Part shown: positions 10,901 through 24,731 of the stretch, one piece after another
Position numbering within the stretch: the first letter of the stretch is position 1
How the letters are laid out: each line of letters begins with the position of its first letter
NCBI GenBank assembly: GCA_964016885.1
Contig: OZ024742.1
Coordinates: 300,266,001-300,330,000 of the forward strand
Source: Eledone cirrhosa
Taxonomy: Eukaryota
DNA length: 64,000 bases
Direction: 5' to 3'
The notes under the pieces: model-generated
What the model was told of the DNA's origin: nothing
Seen by the model: the letters and a program-made list of their open reading frames with translations, nothing else
Databases searched by the model: none
Position numbers and translations under genes: made by a program

Positions 10901-11724
10901 CATGTGTGTGTTTAGATTGTCATGCCTTTGACACAACTGAGAGTCCTCCCTATCTTTTGTTTGGCAAGATTTCTACGACTGGAAAAGCAAAATGAAATAC
11001 CTTGCTCAAGAACACAATGCATCATTCTGCTCATGACCACATGAACGTGAATCCCAAGCCACTAGGTCACATGTAATGTTTGTTTTACTTCACCCCCCTC
11101 TGTCTGTCTCTCTCTCTCTCTATCTCCCTCTCTCTCTCTCATACACTATACCTCATCCATATTTTTAAAAATATAGATATGGGTGAATTCGAACCCACCG
11201 TTACTGCCTCACTGAGCTGTAGAATTTAAAGCAATGTATCAATTACACATATACCACACATACTTATCAATATTTATTTAACAGTCAAGTGTCTTGTTAA
11301 TAATCTAAAAAGTATACATTTTAAAGATAAATTTAATGTAGATATATCTACAGTTTTTTAAATTAATAGCCTCACTGTAAAAAGAAGGAAGCGTAAACAC
11401 ACTTTCTATTATTCCTTCTGTACACAGAAGGTCCCTCTGCATTGAGAATCATTGGAGTGATTATCTTCTGATGTAAAGTGGTAGTGCTAGTGCCACAATA
11501 AAATGTACCCGGCTTACTCTGTAAAGGAGTCGAAATTTGGAAGGCTATCCAGCTATAGAAACCATGCCAAAAATGGAACGTGTGTGTAAAGACATAGTTC
11601 TATGATTGGTTTAGTCTTGGGCCATGATGGCCTGCTCAGCCCATGCCAGTACAGAAAAACTGACATAAAATGATGGTGATGAACGCGAATCCCAACCACT
11701 AAGTTACAGGCAAGAAAACGCAGA

Positions 11725-12420
11725 AACTTTGAACTATGTCATATTGCAAATATGGACGAGGTGCCACTGACATTTGATGTTCCCTTGAACAGGACTATAG
11801 ATGTTAAAGGTAACAAAACAGTAACTGTTAAAAGGACTGGTCATAAAAAAAGACACTACACTGTAGTATTGATTTGTTATGCAGATGGCATGAAACTGCT
11901 GCCACTTGTAATATTTAACAGAAAAACATTTCCAAAAGACTTTTCCATCAGGAGTTGTCATTCATGCCCACTCCAAGGGGTGGATGGACGAAAATGGTGT
12001 TAAGTTATGGCTAGATAAAGTATGGTCACGACGTCATGGTGCTTAACTCAAAAGACCATCACTTCTTGTTTTGGACCAATTTCGTGCACATACAGTATGG
12101 AGGGTAAAGAACTTAAACACTGAAATAGCTGTCATACCTGGTGGACTGACTTCTCTATTACAACCCCTTGATATTTCACTAAACAAGGCACACATGAGAG
12201 AGGAATGGGATAATTGGATGAAGTACCCGTAACATGAAATGACACCAACTGATGTATGAAGAGGCCTACATTTTCCCAAGTAACCCAGTGGGTGAAAAAC
12301 TCGTAGGGTGCTGTGAAAAACCAAGACAATTATAAAAGCTTTCAAAAAATATGGCATCAGCAATGTCCTAGATGGCACTGAAGATGATTTTCTATATAAT
12401 GATAGTGACACATCTTCGCG
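11725..12420 (+). pseudogene. pogo/Tigger-family DDE transposase relic
   Basis: NMDEVPLTFD, TGHKK..YTVVL...ADGMKLLPLVIF, GWMD, SLLVLDQFRAH and IPGGLTSLLQPLDISLNK motifs across frameshifts and stops. Confidence 0.88.
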
Positions 12421-12499
12421 TAAAAAGTGAACAGACTATATGATAAGAAAAAAATGAAGATTCGTTTACATGTATTTAGGTTTTTATTGCAGGCTACTC

Positions 12500-14650
12500 A
12501 AGAAACTTGTAGCTGGAACAAAGCTCCAACCAGACAGAGGGTGACCTGATGGTGGAACGGCATGGTAGATATGGACATTAAAGACAAAAGATTAGCATGG
12601 AAGGCTTGGAAAAAATGGTGGGAGTAGAGACCGATACTCAGCTGCTAAAAGAGAGGCTAGACGTCAGGTGTACTTAGCATGCAGGGAAGCTGAGAATAGG
12701 AGGTTTGCCAATGTTCTGCGACAAGAAGATCAGAGATGTGCGATGTTCCGCATTGCAAGGCAGTGTGTTAGTGTAAATCAGGATGCTGGAGATAAGTGTG
12801 ACCGAAATGATGCTGGTGCACTTAGTGTCATTGATGCTCAGAAAAAGGAGGCCTGGAAATGTCATTATGAGAGACTAATAAATGTTGAGAATGAATGGAA
12901 GAGAGAGAAACTACCCCATCCCTCAGTAGACCCGACAGAGGGACCAGCTATTGAGATTGACGACTATAGGGTCAAAGAGGCAATTAAGGAAATGAAAAGT
13001 GGTAAGGCCGCTGGACCGTCAGGGATATTGCTGAGATGCTGAAGGCATCAGGAGAAGTAGGCACTAAACTGGTTGCACGCATCATCGATCAAGCTACATA
13101 TGGCGGAGTTATACCCAAAGCCTGGTACAGCAGTATTCTTATAAATTGCTACAAAGATAAAGGGGATGCTCTGGAGAGGAGCAATTATAGCGGATAAAAC
13201 TGATGGATCAGGTTATGAAAGTGGTAGAAAGAATACTAGTGCAACAAATTAGAGAAAGAGTCAAATTAGATGAGATGCAGTTTGGCTTTGTGCCTGGGAA
13301 AAGTGATGCCCTCTTCTTAGTGAGACAACTACAAGAGAGGTTCTTAGAGAAAAATAAGCTACTATACTTAGCTTTTGTTGACCTAGAGAAGGCCTTTGAT
13401 AGAGTACCCCGATCTGTCATCTGGTGGTCCCTAAGGAAACTAGGTGTAGAGGAATGGCTTGTAAGGACTGCAAGCTATGTACTGGGATTCTCAGCTTCCC
13501 TGCATGCTAAGTACACCTGACGTCTAGCCTCTCTTTTAGTAAAGTGAGAGTAGGAATGGAGTTTAGTGAGGAATTCCAGATACAAGTAGGAGTGCATCAG
13601 GGTTAGGTCCTCAGCCCAATCTTGTTCAGTATAGTTCTCCAAGCCATAATAGAGGAGTTTAAGACTGGCTGCCCATTGGAACTTCTCTATGCTGACAATC
13701 TAGTACTTATAGCAGAATCAGTAGAGGAGCTAGAGAATAAATTTTGGCTATGGAAACAAGAGGACTGAGAGTGAACCTAGCTAAGACTAAAGTGTTGATA
13801 AGTAGAAAAGAGGACAAAACTCTGATTCCATTAGTGAAATGGCCATGTTCGATATGTAGAAAAGGAGTTGGCATAAATTCTTTAGAATGTACACAATACA
13901 GATCTTGGGTACACAAGAGATGTAGTGGTATAGCAGGCAAACTAACAGGTAGGGAAAACTACATATGCAGTAGATGTTCAGCGAAATTTGACAGTAGAAG
14001 TCACAGTGATAGACAGATTTTTCAAATGTAGGTAGGATCTATAGAGGTGGTTGATAGCTTCTGATACTTAGGTGATCAGATTAGCAAGGGAGGAGGGTGC
14101 TCCAAGGCCATAGTATCTAGAATAAGGACAGGTTGAAAGAAATTTAGGGAGCTGCTTCCTCTGCTGACAAAGAAGGGTTTCTCCCTACGAATGAAAGGCC
14201 TGTGTGAGATGCGCGATGCTGCATGGTAGTGAGACATGGGCTGCAACTGTAGAGGATATGCGACAGCTGGAGAGAAATGAAGCAAGCTTGCTCCATTGGA
14301 TGTGCAACGTCAATATGCGTGAACGACCAAGCATAGACGAGTTGAGAGAGAAACTGTGTATAAGAGGGATAAGCTGTAGTGTGTGGAAGAGAAGACTGCA
14401 TTGGTATGGACATGTGATGCACATGGAGGATGACTGATGGATTAAGAAGTGCCAAGAAATCCCAGTAGAAGGAAGATGCAGTAGAGGAAGACTACGAAAA
14501 TCATGGGCGGAGGTGGTGAGAGCTGACCTCAGATCGCTGAAGCTCACAAAGAACCGTGACGAATGGAGAGATGATGTGCTGAATCGGACCTGTCTCACCT
14601 TGCAAGCAGGGAAAAGCAGACATAAAATGATAAATGATGATGATCACGAT
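12500..14650 (+). mobile_element. Decayed RTE-clade LINE (end of linker, RT, PHD-like insert, C-terminus, (GAT)n tail)
   Basis: Fragmented ORFs homologous to the young RTE: [44 protein letters not shown]. Confidence 0.9.
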
Positions 14651-14749
14651 GATTGTGTATCAACCTGTTATGCACGTTTCACAATAAAAACCTAAATACG
14701 TATAAAGGAAACGTCATAATTTTTCTTATCATATACACTTCAAGTAAAT

Positions 14750-16070
14750 TAGATAACAAAGGGGATGCACGAGAGAGAAGTAACTACAGAGGCATCAAGC
14801 TGATGGACTGAGTCATGAAAGTTGCTGAAAGGGTTATAGCACAACTAATCAGGGAGAGAATCAAATTAGATGAGATGCAATTCAGATTTATGCCAGATAC
14901 AGGTATGACTGATTGCCCTTTTTCTGGTGAGACAGCTACAGGAGAGGTATTTAACTAAGAGTAAGCCACTGAATTGAGCATTTGTAGATTTAGTGTAAGC
15001 CTTTGACATGCTCTATAATCTGGTGGGTACTTAGGAAGCTAGATGTAGATGAATGGCTTGTGAGGGCCATGTAAAGAGGAGCAACAATCAGAGTGAAAGT
15101 TAGAAATGAGTATAGTGACGAATTTGAAGTGCAGGTGAGAGTCCACCAGGGATCAGACCTCAGTCCACTTCTATTTATCATTGTACTCCAGGCCATCACT
15201 GAGGAGTTTAAAACTGGTGCTCCATGGGAGCTCTAGCTGAGTCAAGCATGGAAGAAAAACCTCGAGCTGAAAGGCCTAAAAGTAAATATAGCGAAGACAA
15301 ATTCTTGATAAGTAGGAAAAGAGACAGGAAAGTGGCCATGCTTGATATGTCAGAAAGAGTAGAAATTTCATAATGTAAAGTATGGATACACAAGAAATGT
15401 AGTGGGGTTGCAGGTAGGCTAAAGGAAAAGATTTTATATGTGGCAAATGCTCAAGGGAAATAAGCATAAAGAACACATGTGAAATAGATTCCCTCAGCTG
15501 CCAGATGAGCTCTCTAGAAATTGTTAATAGCTTTTGTTACCTAAGTGATCAAATTAGTAGTGGGAGAGGGATCACTAAAAGTGTGATAGCTAGGATAAGA
15601 ACAGGCTGGAAAAAATTTAGAGATCTATAACCACTTCTTACAACAAAATGCTTTTTTTTTATTCAGAGTGAAGGGTAGACTGTATGATGTCTGTGATTGA
15701 ACTGCAATGTTACATGGCAGTGAAACATGGGCCTTGACTGCAGAAGACCTGCGGAGGCTAGAAAGAAATGAGTCGAGTTTGTTCTGATGGATGAGCATGA
15801 GTGACATAGCATAAGCAAACTGAGAGAAAAACTTGGCATAAAATGAATTGATTGTAGTGTGCAAGAGAGAAGACTGTTTGTATGGGCTTGTGATGTGCAT
15901 GGAAGATGGCAGCTGCATAAAGAAATACAGAGAAACCCCAGTGGCTGGGACCCATGAAGACATGGGATGAGGTTGTAAGGATTGACCTTAGAAAGCTAAA
16001 CCATACAATAGAAATGACTAAAGACTGCGAGGGCAGGCATTAGGCAGTGCTGAAGAAGATCTGACCTGCA
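14750..16070 (+). mobile_element. Second decayed RTE-clade LINE RT fragment
   Basis: [34 protein letters not shown] and LHGSETWAL motifs with many stops. Confidence 0.85.
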
Positions 16071-16449
16071 GCTTACAATGTGACCTGACCCCCCCCCCCC
16101 CCTCCCCCCTCCACTAGCACTCCCAAACAGTTATTCTAAACTTCACTATTTCAACCACTACACAGACACACGTGCATTCTTGGCAGCCCTCCTACCCTTG
16201 TGAAGTGGTTGGTAATAGGAAGGGCTTCCAGGCATGGAGAGTTTGCAAATAAACAAACAAAGGGTCAGGAGGACCCTCCAGTCATCTCATGGACATGACA
16301 GCCTCCCTAGTATTAGTGATCTACATGATAAATGCACCCAGTACACACTGTAAAGTGGTTAGTGCTAGGAAGGGCATCCAGCCATAGAAAACTTACCAAA
16401 CAAAGGGTTGGGAGGACCCTTAGTTGTGTCAAAGGCATGACAACCTCTC

Positions 16450-17700
16450 CTGAGCACTCAATGTCCCCCAGGTAACAGAAACTGACAACTGCTTCTATGG
16501 CACCCTTTAAGAATTTGATAGAGCTTGTTTCCTGTGAGCGTTTGCTGCTTACTGCTCCTGTGCAATGTCCGTATGTAAAACCTATGTTCCTTGGTAGCCT
16601 ACCTGAGATCTCATGACATCTCTTGTGTACCTATAATTTGCATTTGGGACAGAAGGTGGACTTTCTACCCACACTTTTCTTACACACTGAGTAGGGCTAT
16701 TTCCTAGAAGGGATCAGGGCATTGTTCTCCTTACTACTGACTAGAACTTGGTCTTTGCCGAGTTGACTTTAAGACCTTTTGATTCTAGGTCAGGAACTTT
16801 TTCTCTAGTTCTAGCTATAAGAGATAGATCATCAGCATATAGGAGTTTCCACAGGCATCAAGTTTTAAACACTTCTGTTATAGTCTGGAAGAGGGCTAAG
16901 GATGGAGCCCTTGTGGACCTCCACTTGCACACTAAATTCCTCACTATGACCATTATTAATTCCAACCTTGCTGACAGCACCTTTACATGGCTTATACTGC
17001 CTTCACTTGCCACTCTTCTACTCATAGTTTCCTAAGTGCCCAAAAGATTACAGAATGAGGACCCTCTTCCAAAGCTTTCTCCAGAACAACAAATGCCAAG
17101 TAGAGGGGTTTACGTTTTGCTAGATACTTCTGCAGTTGCCTCACAAGGAAGAAAGCATCCATGGTACTTTTATCTGGGATAAATCTGCACTGCATTTTAT
17201 CTAGGTTCACTCGATCTCTAATTTGGTTGTACAAAGACTCTTTCTGTAACTTTTGTGACATGGTCCATCAATTTGATGCCTTAGTAGTTTCCTTGGTCTA
17301 GTGCATCTTGTAGTAATTGAATATGATGCTACTATGCCAATCATTGGGTATAGTACTATTTTGTATTACATGGTTTACAATATGGGTGATTATGGTGTGG
17401 TCTACCATCCCAGATGCTTTCAGCATCTCAGAAACTATTCCCAATGACTTGGTTGATTTGCCTGTCTTCATATCTTTAATTGCCTTACTTACTACACTGA
17501 CTTGTACCTCTGGTCCCTCTGTTGGGTCTACATGGGGCTGGCTTCTTCCTGCCATAGATTCTTCTCATTCATAAATCTCTCATAATGACACTACCATGCT
17601 GTCTCCTTTTTGGCATTAGTGAGGGCATGCTTGTCTCTTGGCCTTAATTGGTTCATTTATCCTACTATTCCAGCACCATGTCAATCTCCTACTTGCTGGG
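16450..17700 (-). mobile_element. Decayed RTE-clade LINE fragment, minus strand
   Basis: ORFs 17298-17555 and 17022-17261 ([24 protein letters not shown]) match the RTE ORF. Confidence 0.85.
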
Positions 17701-17771
17701 CTTCTGCTCCAGCCATGTACCTTATTTGTCACCCTCAGTACATTATCTCTCAGACCCCTCCCACCCCACTG

Positions 17772-17873
<102 letters not shown>

Positions 17874-18384
17874 TTCTTATTAGAGAATACAATACCTAAT
17901 TCTTGAACAAATATATTTATTGGTTTACAATTGTTTCAGAAATCATCAAAATTCAGTTCATAAAATTGAAAATTATCGATTATATAATTGTTGTGCGTTC
18001 TAATATTGCAAAACTAAAGCTCCAATTCCAAGCTTTTATTCAATATCTAGAATATAAAAACAGTAATTAGTCTTGAAGAAATATAACAATAATATTTGTA
18101 AGAAAAGAAAGATATGCAATAAAACAAAGTTATATTGAGGATAGATGAACTTCATAACAATAATCAAGCAGATGATAATATAACTGAACTAAGAAATGAT
18201 CTCATCTTCAGAACCAAAAAGAAAATAAACATAAACATACTTTCATTGTACGCTTGTTTTGCATTTCATACTCACTGAGCACAGTCATCTTCACTACTGG
18301 CTTATAATTCTCGCAACTAATCTCCCATCTCCCCTCCTTGATTGGTTTGTACACATACTTTTGTTATAAATATATATAATATAT

Positions 18385-18545
18385 AAAGAAAAGGAAAAAA
18401 TCAATAGATATTGATAAAAAAAGAGACGACCCAATTTTAACTGTCGATGAATTATTTGTTCATTTTAAAATTATGATGAACCAAGGATTGTACTATGCAT
18501 ATAGCTCTCATCACCTTAAAGATAATAGTGAAGTACTACACTATA
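18385..18545. repeat. Left arm of ~165-bp inverted repeat (partner at 22384-22555)
   Basis: AAAAAATCAATAGATATTGAT...GACCCAATTTTAACTGTCGATGAATTATTTGTTC...AAAGATAATAGTGAAGTACTACACTATA is the reverse complement of 22384-22555. Confidence 0.9.
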
Positions 18546-18556
18546 ATCACCTATAT

Positions 18557-18612
<56 letters not shown>

Positions 18613-18835
18613 GTAGAACACTGGTGGATTATATCCACAGTAGTAGAGCACTCAGTCTATGGGACGAGTTTGGTAGAAGTAGTTCCACAACAGTTAGTTT
18701 TAGTTCACCATTATGACCGAGTTGATGATCCGAATGTGAAATAATTGTTCTCGTCATTCTTTAAAGAGGCTGTTTGTATAATTGCAAACGATTCGAAAAT
18801 AATTATTAATATTCGAAAAACTATATATATATAGA

Positions 18836-21800
18836 CTAGCAAATGACCCCCGCCCATTGGACGGTGTCAGTTCTTGGTAGGGCTGCAATGTTAATGGTCA
18901 ATTTCCGTGTTGTATGTTTAACTTGGAGGATAATTTTACCTGATCAACTCTTTCAATAAAAAAAAAATGAGACGGTATTCAAAAAGAGCAAGTTTTATTT
19001 ACAGATATGTGTCATTAAAATGTGAACATAGAGAAATGTATCGTTAGCTGTGTCGGTTGAACAATGTGTAATTTTTTTAATTAATAACCGAAAGACAAAC
19101 AGTAAATGAGACTGGATGTCAAACCATTTTGGATTGCATGTAAAGGTGATAAAAAGATCGGGACGGCCACAATGGTCGACATAGGTCAGAGCATCCTGCA
19201 TTTTTTCATGCATGTAACGGGGGGCCTCCAGTGTATGATGATGGGAGAATGACAGAAAGCCCAACATCCGAAGCATTAGCCTGATCATTTCGGTTTACTT
19301 CGTCACGTAGATTGCCGTATTCTTCTGAACGCAGTTCCTTTTGATGATGTCTTATCCATTGGAGGCGTTCAGTGTCAATCTTAGCAAATATGTCTACACA
19401 GTATTGATTGAGGAGCATCCGTGTTCTATGCAGAATGTTGACGTCGTTTTTGCGAAACATAAGTTTAAATGCATAAAATTCCATTTGTGAAATGGTTTTC
19501 CCTGGTGTAAGATGCATTAAACTTACAGGATTACACTTTTGCAAATCAATGCGGAAGCCATCGTCGCCAAAGGGGAACAGCAATGGATACTGGAGAGCAT
19601 CATATGCGGGATGAAGTTCATTTATTTTTTGAAGATGCGAGTCCTGCCATTCAATAACAATATCACTGTTTGAAGCGCTCTCATTAGGACGTGTTATAAT
19701 CACCGTAACTTCATCGGTTTGGGGTCTATTAAAGCAGCCCTGGTGGAGCGCGGTCATTTCGAATGACAACCTTGTATTGATTGTTGTTAGCATCTCTACG
19801 TTGTAAAGCAGTTTTGAAAATGGTGATGTACGGGTTTATGGAATGAAGCATATATTGAAGGGGCTGCAGAAGAGAAGGTGTCGTTCCTTTAGCAACTGAA
19901 GCCCTTCGTGCAATTTCTTCAAGTCCGTTGCCCATAAAGTAGATCTGGAGAAAACTGTGTTCTTTGCCATCTTGTGGAATAAGTGATCCTATTTGATGGT
20001 AAATTTGGCTTTGCACTTTAAATGTGGGCATATAATTCCCATCTTTTTATTGTTGTATGACCAAAGCTTGTCATTTGGAAAGCCGAATTGTAGGCTCTTA
20101 TATTTCTGAAAAAGTGTTTAGAATCAGGGTGGTCTCCAAGTAGCAGAGAATTCAAAGGTTCGGCACCGACTTGTAAATAAGGCAATGTAACCGTTCCATT
20201 GGAGCAACATATACCGGTAGATTCCGCTGGCCACCTCATTGCATTACAATGGACGCAAACAGTTGACATACTACCAATGATGATATGTGGATGGGATGCG
20301 TAGTCCTCTTGGGGGTTGTATTGAAAACCTTTCTTAGACCAGTAACAGGAAGAATCCCTCGGAAAGACATAAGTACGCATTTTCCGTTGAGAATCAGCCG
20401 CAAGCCTTGTTGCCCTTTGGTCAACAGTCTCTAAAGCACGGCTATTGGAATTAGAAGCAGCATTGCGAGCACGCCGGAGTTCTGCTTATTCAGCTTTCTG
20501 TAATGCTCTGATGTTCAAAGTAGGGGCAGCATTGTGAGCACGCTGGAGTTCTGCTTGTTCAGTTGTTTGTAATGCTCTGGCGATCGAGGTAGAAGCAGCA
20601 TTGCGAGCACGCCGTAGCACACATTGTTCTTCTGTTTCGCTTGCGCGCAAAGAACGCAAAGCAAAAGCATTTTTTGTTTTTTTTCCAATGTTACTCTTTC
20701 TTTTTCGAGGCATTCTACCGAAAATATGTAATTGAATAAAGCTGATACAAATCAATTAAAAGAAATAAATAGTTGTGTACAATGTGTAAATTTTGTAATA
20801 ATAAGCAAGACGAAAAAGTATATTTTATCATCTGCTTTTTCTACACGGGAATTATATATTAGATTTTCATACTTACAAAATAATTTTGCTAATATCGTGT
20901 TTAGCAGTGTCGGTTGAGCAATGTGTAAATATTTGATTAAAAACCAAAAGTCAAACAGTAAATATATTTCAACCTCTGAATAAGTATTAAAGAAATGACG
21001 ATTTTCATTTTGAAAATATGATTTATGACATCAAAACTGCTTTAGCGTTTAATTTTTTGAATAAAAAGTATCGTCTGTTATTTCTTACAATTAACACATT
21101 TATACACACACATGCACACACGCACACACATACGCACGTACACACAAACACATACACACACAAACATACACACACACATACACACACAATCCCAAGACGT
21201 GACGTTGTGGAAGGGGGAGAGTTAAGAAGTGTAATAAATAAGTTAAAATTATAAACACTGTATTTATCGCTAAAGTATCGTCTGTTATTTCTTACAATTA
21301 ACACATTTATACACATACACACACACATGAACACACGCACACACATACGCACGTACACACACATACACACACACATACATACGCACACAATCCCAAGACG
21401 TGACGTTGTGGAAGGGGGAGAGTTAAGAAGTGTAATACATAAGTTAAAATTATAAACGCTGTATTTGTCATATTCGCGTCACACACACTCCTCTCTTTAT
21501 TTTACTCTCTCTCTCTCACTCCTCTCTTTCTATCTCCCTCTCACACATCCTTCTCTCTCTGGCCGTTATGGAAATTACACACACACACACATACAAACAC
21601 ATACACACACATATACACACGCACATACACATACAATCCCATAACGTCGTGTTGTGGAAGGGGGATAGTTAAGAAGTGTGTAAAAGGAACGCTCTCTCTT
21701 TATGGTCGTCATGGAATTTGTTAGTGCAAAAGTCTATAAGATTATAAAATCGAAGTTTGTGACTTCGAAATTAATCATTATGAAATAATTTTTTCTTGAT

Positions 21801-21914
21801 GTTACAAACCGTAGCCTATTTTGGCTATGTGTTTAATTTGACAGAGATGGATGGAATATTTTCCAAGTGAAACTCTTTTACACACACACACAGAACGGGA
21901 ATTATATATATAGA
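18836..21914 (-). mobile_element. Internally deleted Helitron with both canonical termini
   Basis: 5' A|TCTATATATATAAT at 21914. 3' hairpin CCGTCC-AAT-GGGCGG then CTAG|T at 18836. Frameshifted RepHel N-terminus (MPRKRK at 20713, C-x2-C...CC..G zinc motif, NIRAYNSAFQMTSFG, YDALQYPLLFPFG, GRPDLFITFTCNPKW); helicase absent. Confidence 0.92.
21066..21680. repeat. ~207-bp tandem repeats containing (CA)n inside the Helitron 5' region
   Basis: AAGTATCGTCTGTTATTTCTTACAATTAAC...AATCCCAAGACGTGACGTTGTGGAAGGGGGAGAGTTAAGAAGTGT at 21066 and 21273, with a partial third unit near 21570-21680. Confidence 0.88.
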
Positions 21915-22383
21915 TATACATGTGTGCGTAGTGAAATCTGTCCACAGCTTCGACCCCTGGGTTATCTCCTTTCGGGCGTAAACAAGCATGAGAGTGGACG
22001 ACCAGGGGACAGAGGAAACGACAGATATAAATAACCTGTCTTAGATCAAGCGGCAATCAGTTCTTGATAGAGACCCTATTGGGGTCTTACAGACTGTAAC
22101 GTTCTCTTACTTTCTCCTTTTCACCCAATCTCTATCTCTTGGTCTCTTTCTTAACCAAGCCAGTGAAGTTCATGAAGTTTTCTTGGTAAATACAATTTAA
22201 TTCTACTTTTACAAACAAATAACATACATAATTCCTGTATATTTTTAGTATAGCTCCGGCGTGAGTTATTTTCAATAAATTAACAATATAGCAGTTTGGT
22301 GTCATCGTGGTTCATTTATATATATTCATTTTCTGCGTTATCAAGCGTCATCATATCATCTTATTGAACCTCACTTACATACG

Positions 22384-22555
22384 TATAGTGTAGTACTTCA
22401 CTATTATCTTTGATAAGGTAATGAGAACTATATGCACAGTATAATCTGCGGTTATCATAATTTTAAAACGAACAAATAATTCATCGACAGTTAAAATTGG
22501 GTCTTCTCATTTTTTTTCTGATCAATATCTATTGATTTTTTCTTTCCCTTTTTTT
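22384..22555. repeat. Right arm of ~165-bp inverted repeat (partner at 18385-18545)
   Basis: Reverse complement of the left arm with scattered substitutions and indels. Confidence 0.9.
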
Positions 22556-23056
22556 TTATTCTGTAAATCATATTCATAGTATGAATTGTGTAGAAGATAT
22601 TTTAATTAACTATTCACAATATAAACAAAGTCAGAACCCATATTGTTGGTGAATGTTCGAGAAAACAGGGAAAACCCAGCTTTAGCATCACTAAATATCG
22701 ACCGTTTCCTTCACTAAAGCAGGAAGAAAGAATACTAAAAATTCTCGAGAATTTTGACTGGATATTGTATAACTATCATATCGTAAATTGTGGCAGAGGC
22801 GTGGTCCCTGAAAGATTTACGTAACCATTCATTGTAATGAGTAATATGTTTAAATTTGATGTCATATTTTCTCTCTGTCGGGTGAAAAGTCAGTCCTGAT
22901 ACTTCAAATTCCTAATCTCACCACAACATACAATCTTATAGAAATTTACATACTTCACAATAACTTTTGCTGATGCAGACCAACCCCCTGTTTCTTCGTC
23001 ATTTAAGTGTTTTTATTATTGTTGTTTATCAATGATATGTTTGGGTATTTTCGGAA

Positions 23057-24232
23057 ATGGCTAGTTTTAACTCAGAAGTTGCAGAAATTGAAGACGTGGA
23101 CAGGAGTTTAAATGTTTCTGAAGATGTAGACAGAAATTTGGATGTTTCTGAAGATGACGATGAGAATTATTTATTTTTCAACGATGAGCGCATGCTTTCA
23201 ATCGTCGAAGTTATAAGTGACATAGGCGAAATTCAGTCACTCAGTTCCCGTTTAAACATATCTCATGGTGTAATTGAAATATACAAACAAACACACAGCA
23301 ATTCACTTGATTTAGGATTTGATCTTCTCCGTTTGTGGCGAGAGATAAATAATTTGGGCGATTTTGAGAGTTGTCGACAGCTAGAAAAAGTTCTCAATGA
23401 GCTGGGCTACCGTTTCAAAAGTTCTCAATTAATATCATCTTTCATTAAATGGTGCACAACTAAGATGTGCTGCCGTAATCGTGTTCATAATCACGCAGAC
23501 TCAACTTTAGGCCAGTTTAAAAGAAGAAACCAAGATTTAATGACCAATGTAGAGAGTAAATTCCAAAGCTGGTCCGATGACTTAGATATAGAACAAAATA
23601 GTACTAACATGGCTCTTTTTCTTCAACTTTATAATCCCGATTTTTCTACGAATGAACAACATTTGTGTAAAATGTTATTTAACATAAAAAAAAGTTTGGA
23701 TCATCATTTACCACGCAATATTCTTTTCTCGGCATACAAGTACCCCGATGTCACATACTGTGTTACAAAGAGATTTACTATTATACGGGTCCTAAATAAT
23801 TCATTTTTACACGAGCGTCGATTGATGCTGATCAGCGAGCAGTTTCCTGATACTGACACAGTGTTTAAGTTAGGTATTTGTTTAAATATACCGTTTGTTA
23901 AATTAAACTCGATTATTAATAAGAATAAACATTCCGTCCATTTAGCTGCTTATTATATGTTGTATATGTGGAAACAAAATTGCGTAGACTTGAAAGAAGA
24001 ACGTCACGTTTTTAAACTAATTGCAGCTTTAAAAGATATAGAGAATGTGGAGCTTTCAGAAAAACTTTTGGGAGATTATAAATCGTGGAAACTATCCCCT
24101 ATGCCTATTAAATTCATTGATTTTCAAATTGCGAAAAGAAAAATATGTAATAAAGAACAAAATCCACTCCCAAGAGACCTACCATCTCCGAATAAGATTT
24201 CGTTGAAAGCACTCCCGCCTCCAGAAGTATGA
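23057..24232 (+). CDS. Intronless 391-aa tandem death-domain-like protein (paralogue 2)
   Basis: Near-identical to 5598-6770. The duplicated block spans ~22800-24390 versus ~5344-6905. Confidence 0.78.
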   Translation: MASFNSEVAEIEDVDRSLNVSEDVDRNLDVSEDDDENYLFFNDERMLSIVEVISDIGEIQSLSSRLNISHGVIEIYKQTHSNSLDLGFDLLRLWREINNLGDFESCRQLEKVLNELGYRFKSSQLISSFIKWCTTKMCCRNRVHNHADSTLGQFKRRNQDLMTNVESKFQSWSDDLDIEQNSTNMALFLQLYNPDFSTNEQHLCKMLFNIKKSLDHHLPRNILFSAYKYPDVTYCVTKRFTIIRVLNNSFLHERRLMLISEQFPDTDTVFKLGICLNIPFVKLNSIINKNKHSVHLAAYYMLYMWKQNCVDLKEERHVFKLIAALKDIENVELSEKLLGDYKSWKLSPMPIKFIDFQIAKRKICNKEQNPLPRDLPSPNKISLKALPPPEV

Positions 24233-24401
24233 TGTAAAATCTAATTAATTTTGCAGTGTTTACCTAAAGTTTAAACGAAGACAAGTATGGTTTATATGTG
24301 ATAGTTATCACCGAGATAACTTTCAACATAATTTATTTCTAAAGGAAATTCTTACAAAATTCTCTGTTCAACTATAGAACATCGTATATTATTGTCTTTC
24401 C

Positions 24402-24560
24402 AGGGTCGGACCCCATCCTTTCCAGCATAGTTACGTCCCTTTACGATCTGAGTTCAAATCCCGCCGAGGTTGACTTTGCCTTTCATCCTTACGGGGTCGA
24501 TAAAATAAAGTACCAGTAATGCACTGGGTATTTGCTGGCCTTGTGCCTAAAGTAGAAACA
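24402..24560 (+). mobile_element. tRNA-derived SINE family A (Meta-domain-like core), 5'-truncated, 14-bp TSD
   Basis: B box GAGTTCAAATCCC; core GCCTTTCATCCTTACGGGGTCGATAAAATAAAGTACCAG; TSD ATTATTGTCTTTCC at 24388-24401 and 24561-24574. Confidence 0.9.
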
Positions 24561-24731
24561 ATTATTGTCTTTCCGGCTGAATTTAAATGTATGTGTTGAT
24601 GTATGTATTTTAACTGAGAGCTTGCTTCAGAAAAATAACTTTAACAAACAGCGCCAGGCTAGACTACTTGTTGCAATTTTATTTCTTGATCTTCCTCTGT
24701 CTGTACCCTGTTTGCTTGTATTATGCATTTA

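Noticed and set aside
18265-18350. Minus-strand promoter and first exon (CCAAT, TTATAA, CA|GTGAGT)
   Set aside because: The motifs are short enough to arise by chance and no downstream exon was identified.
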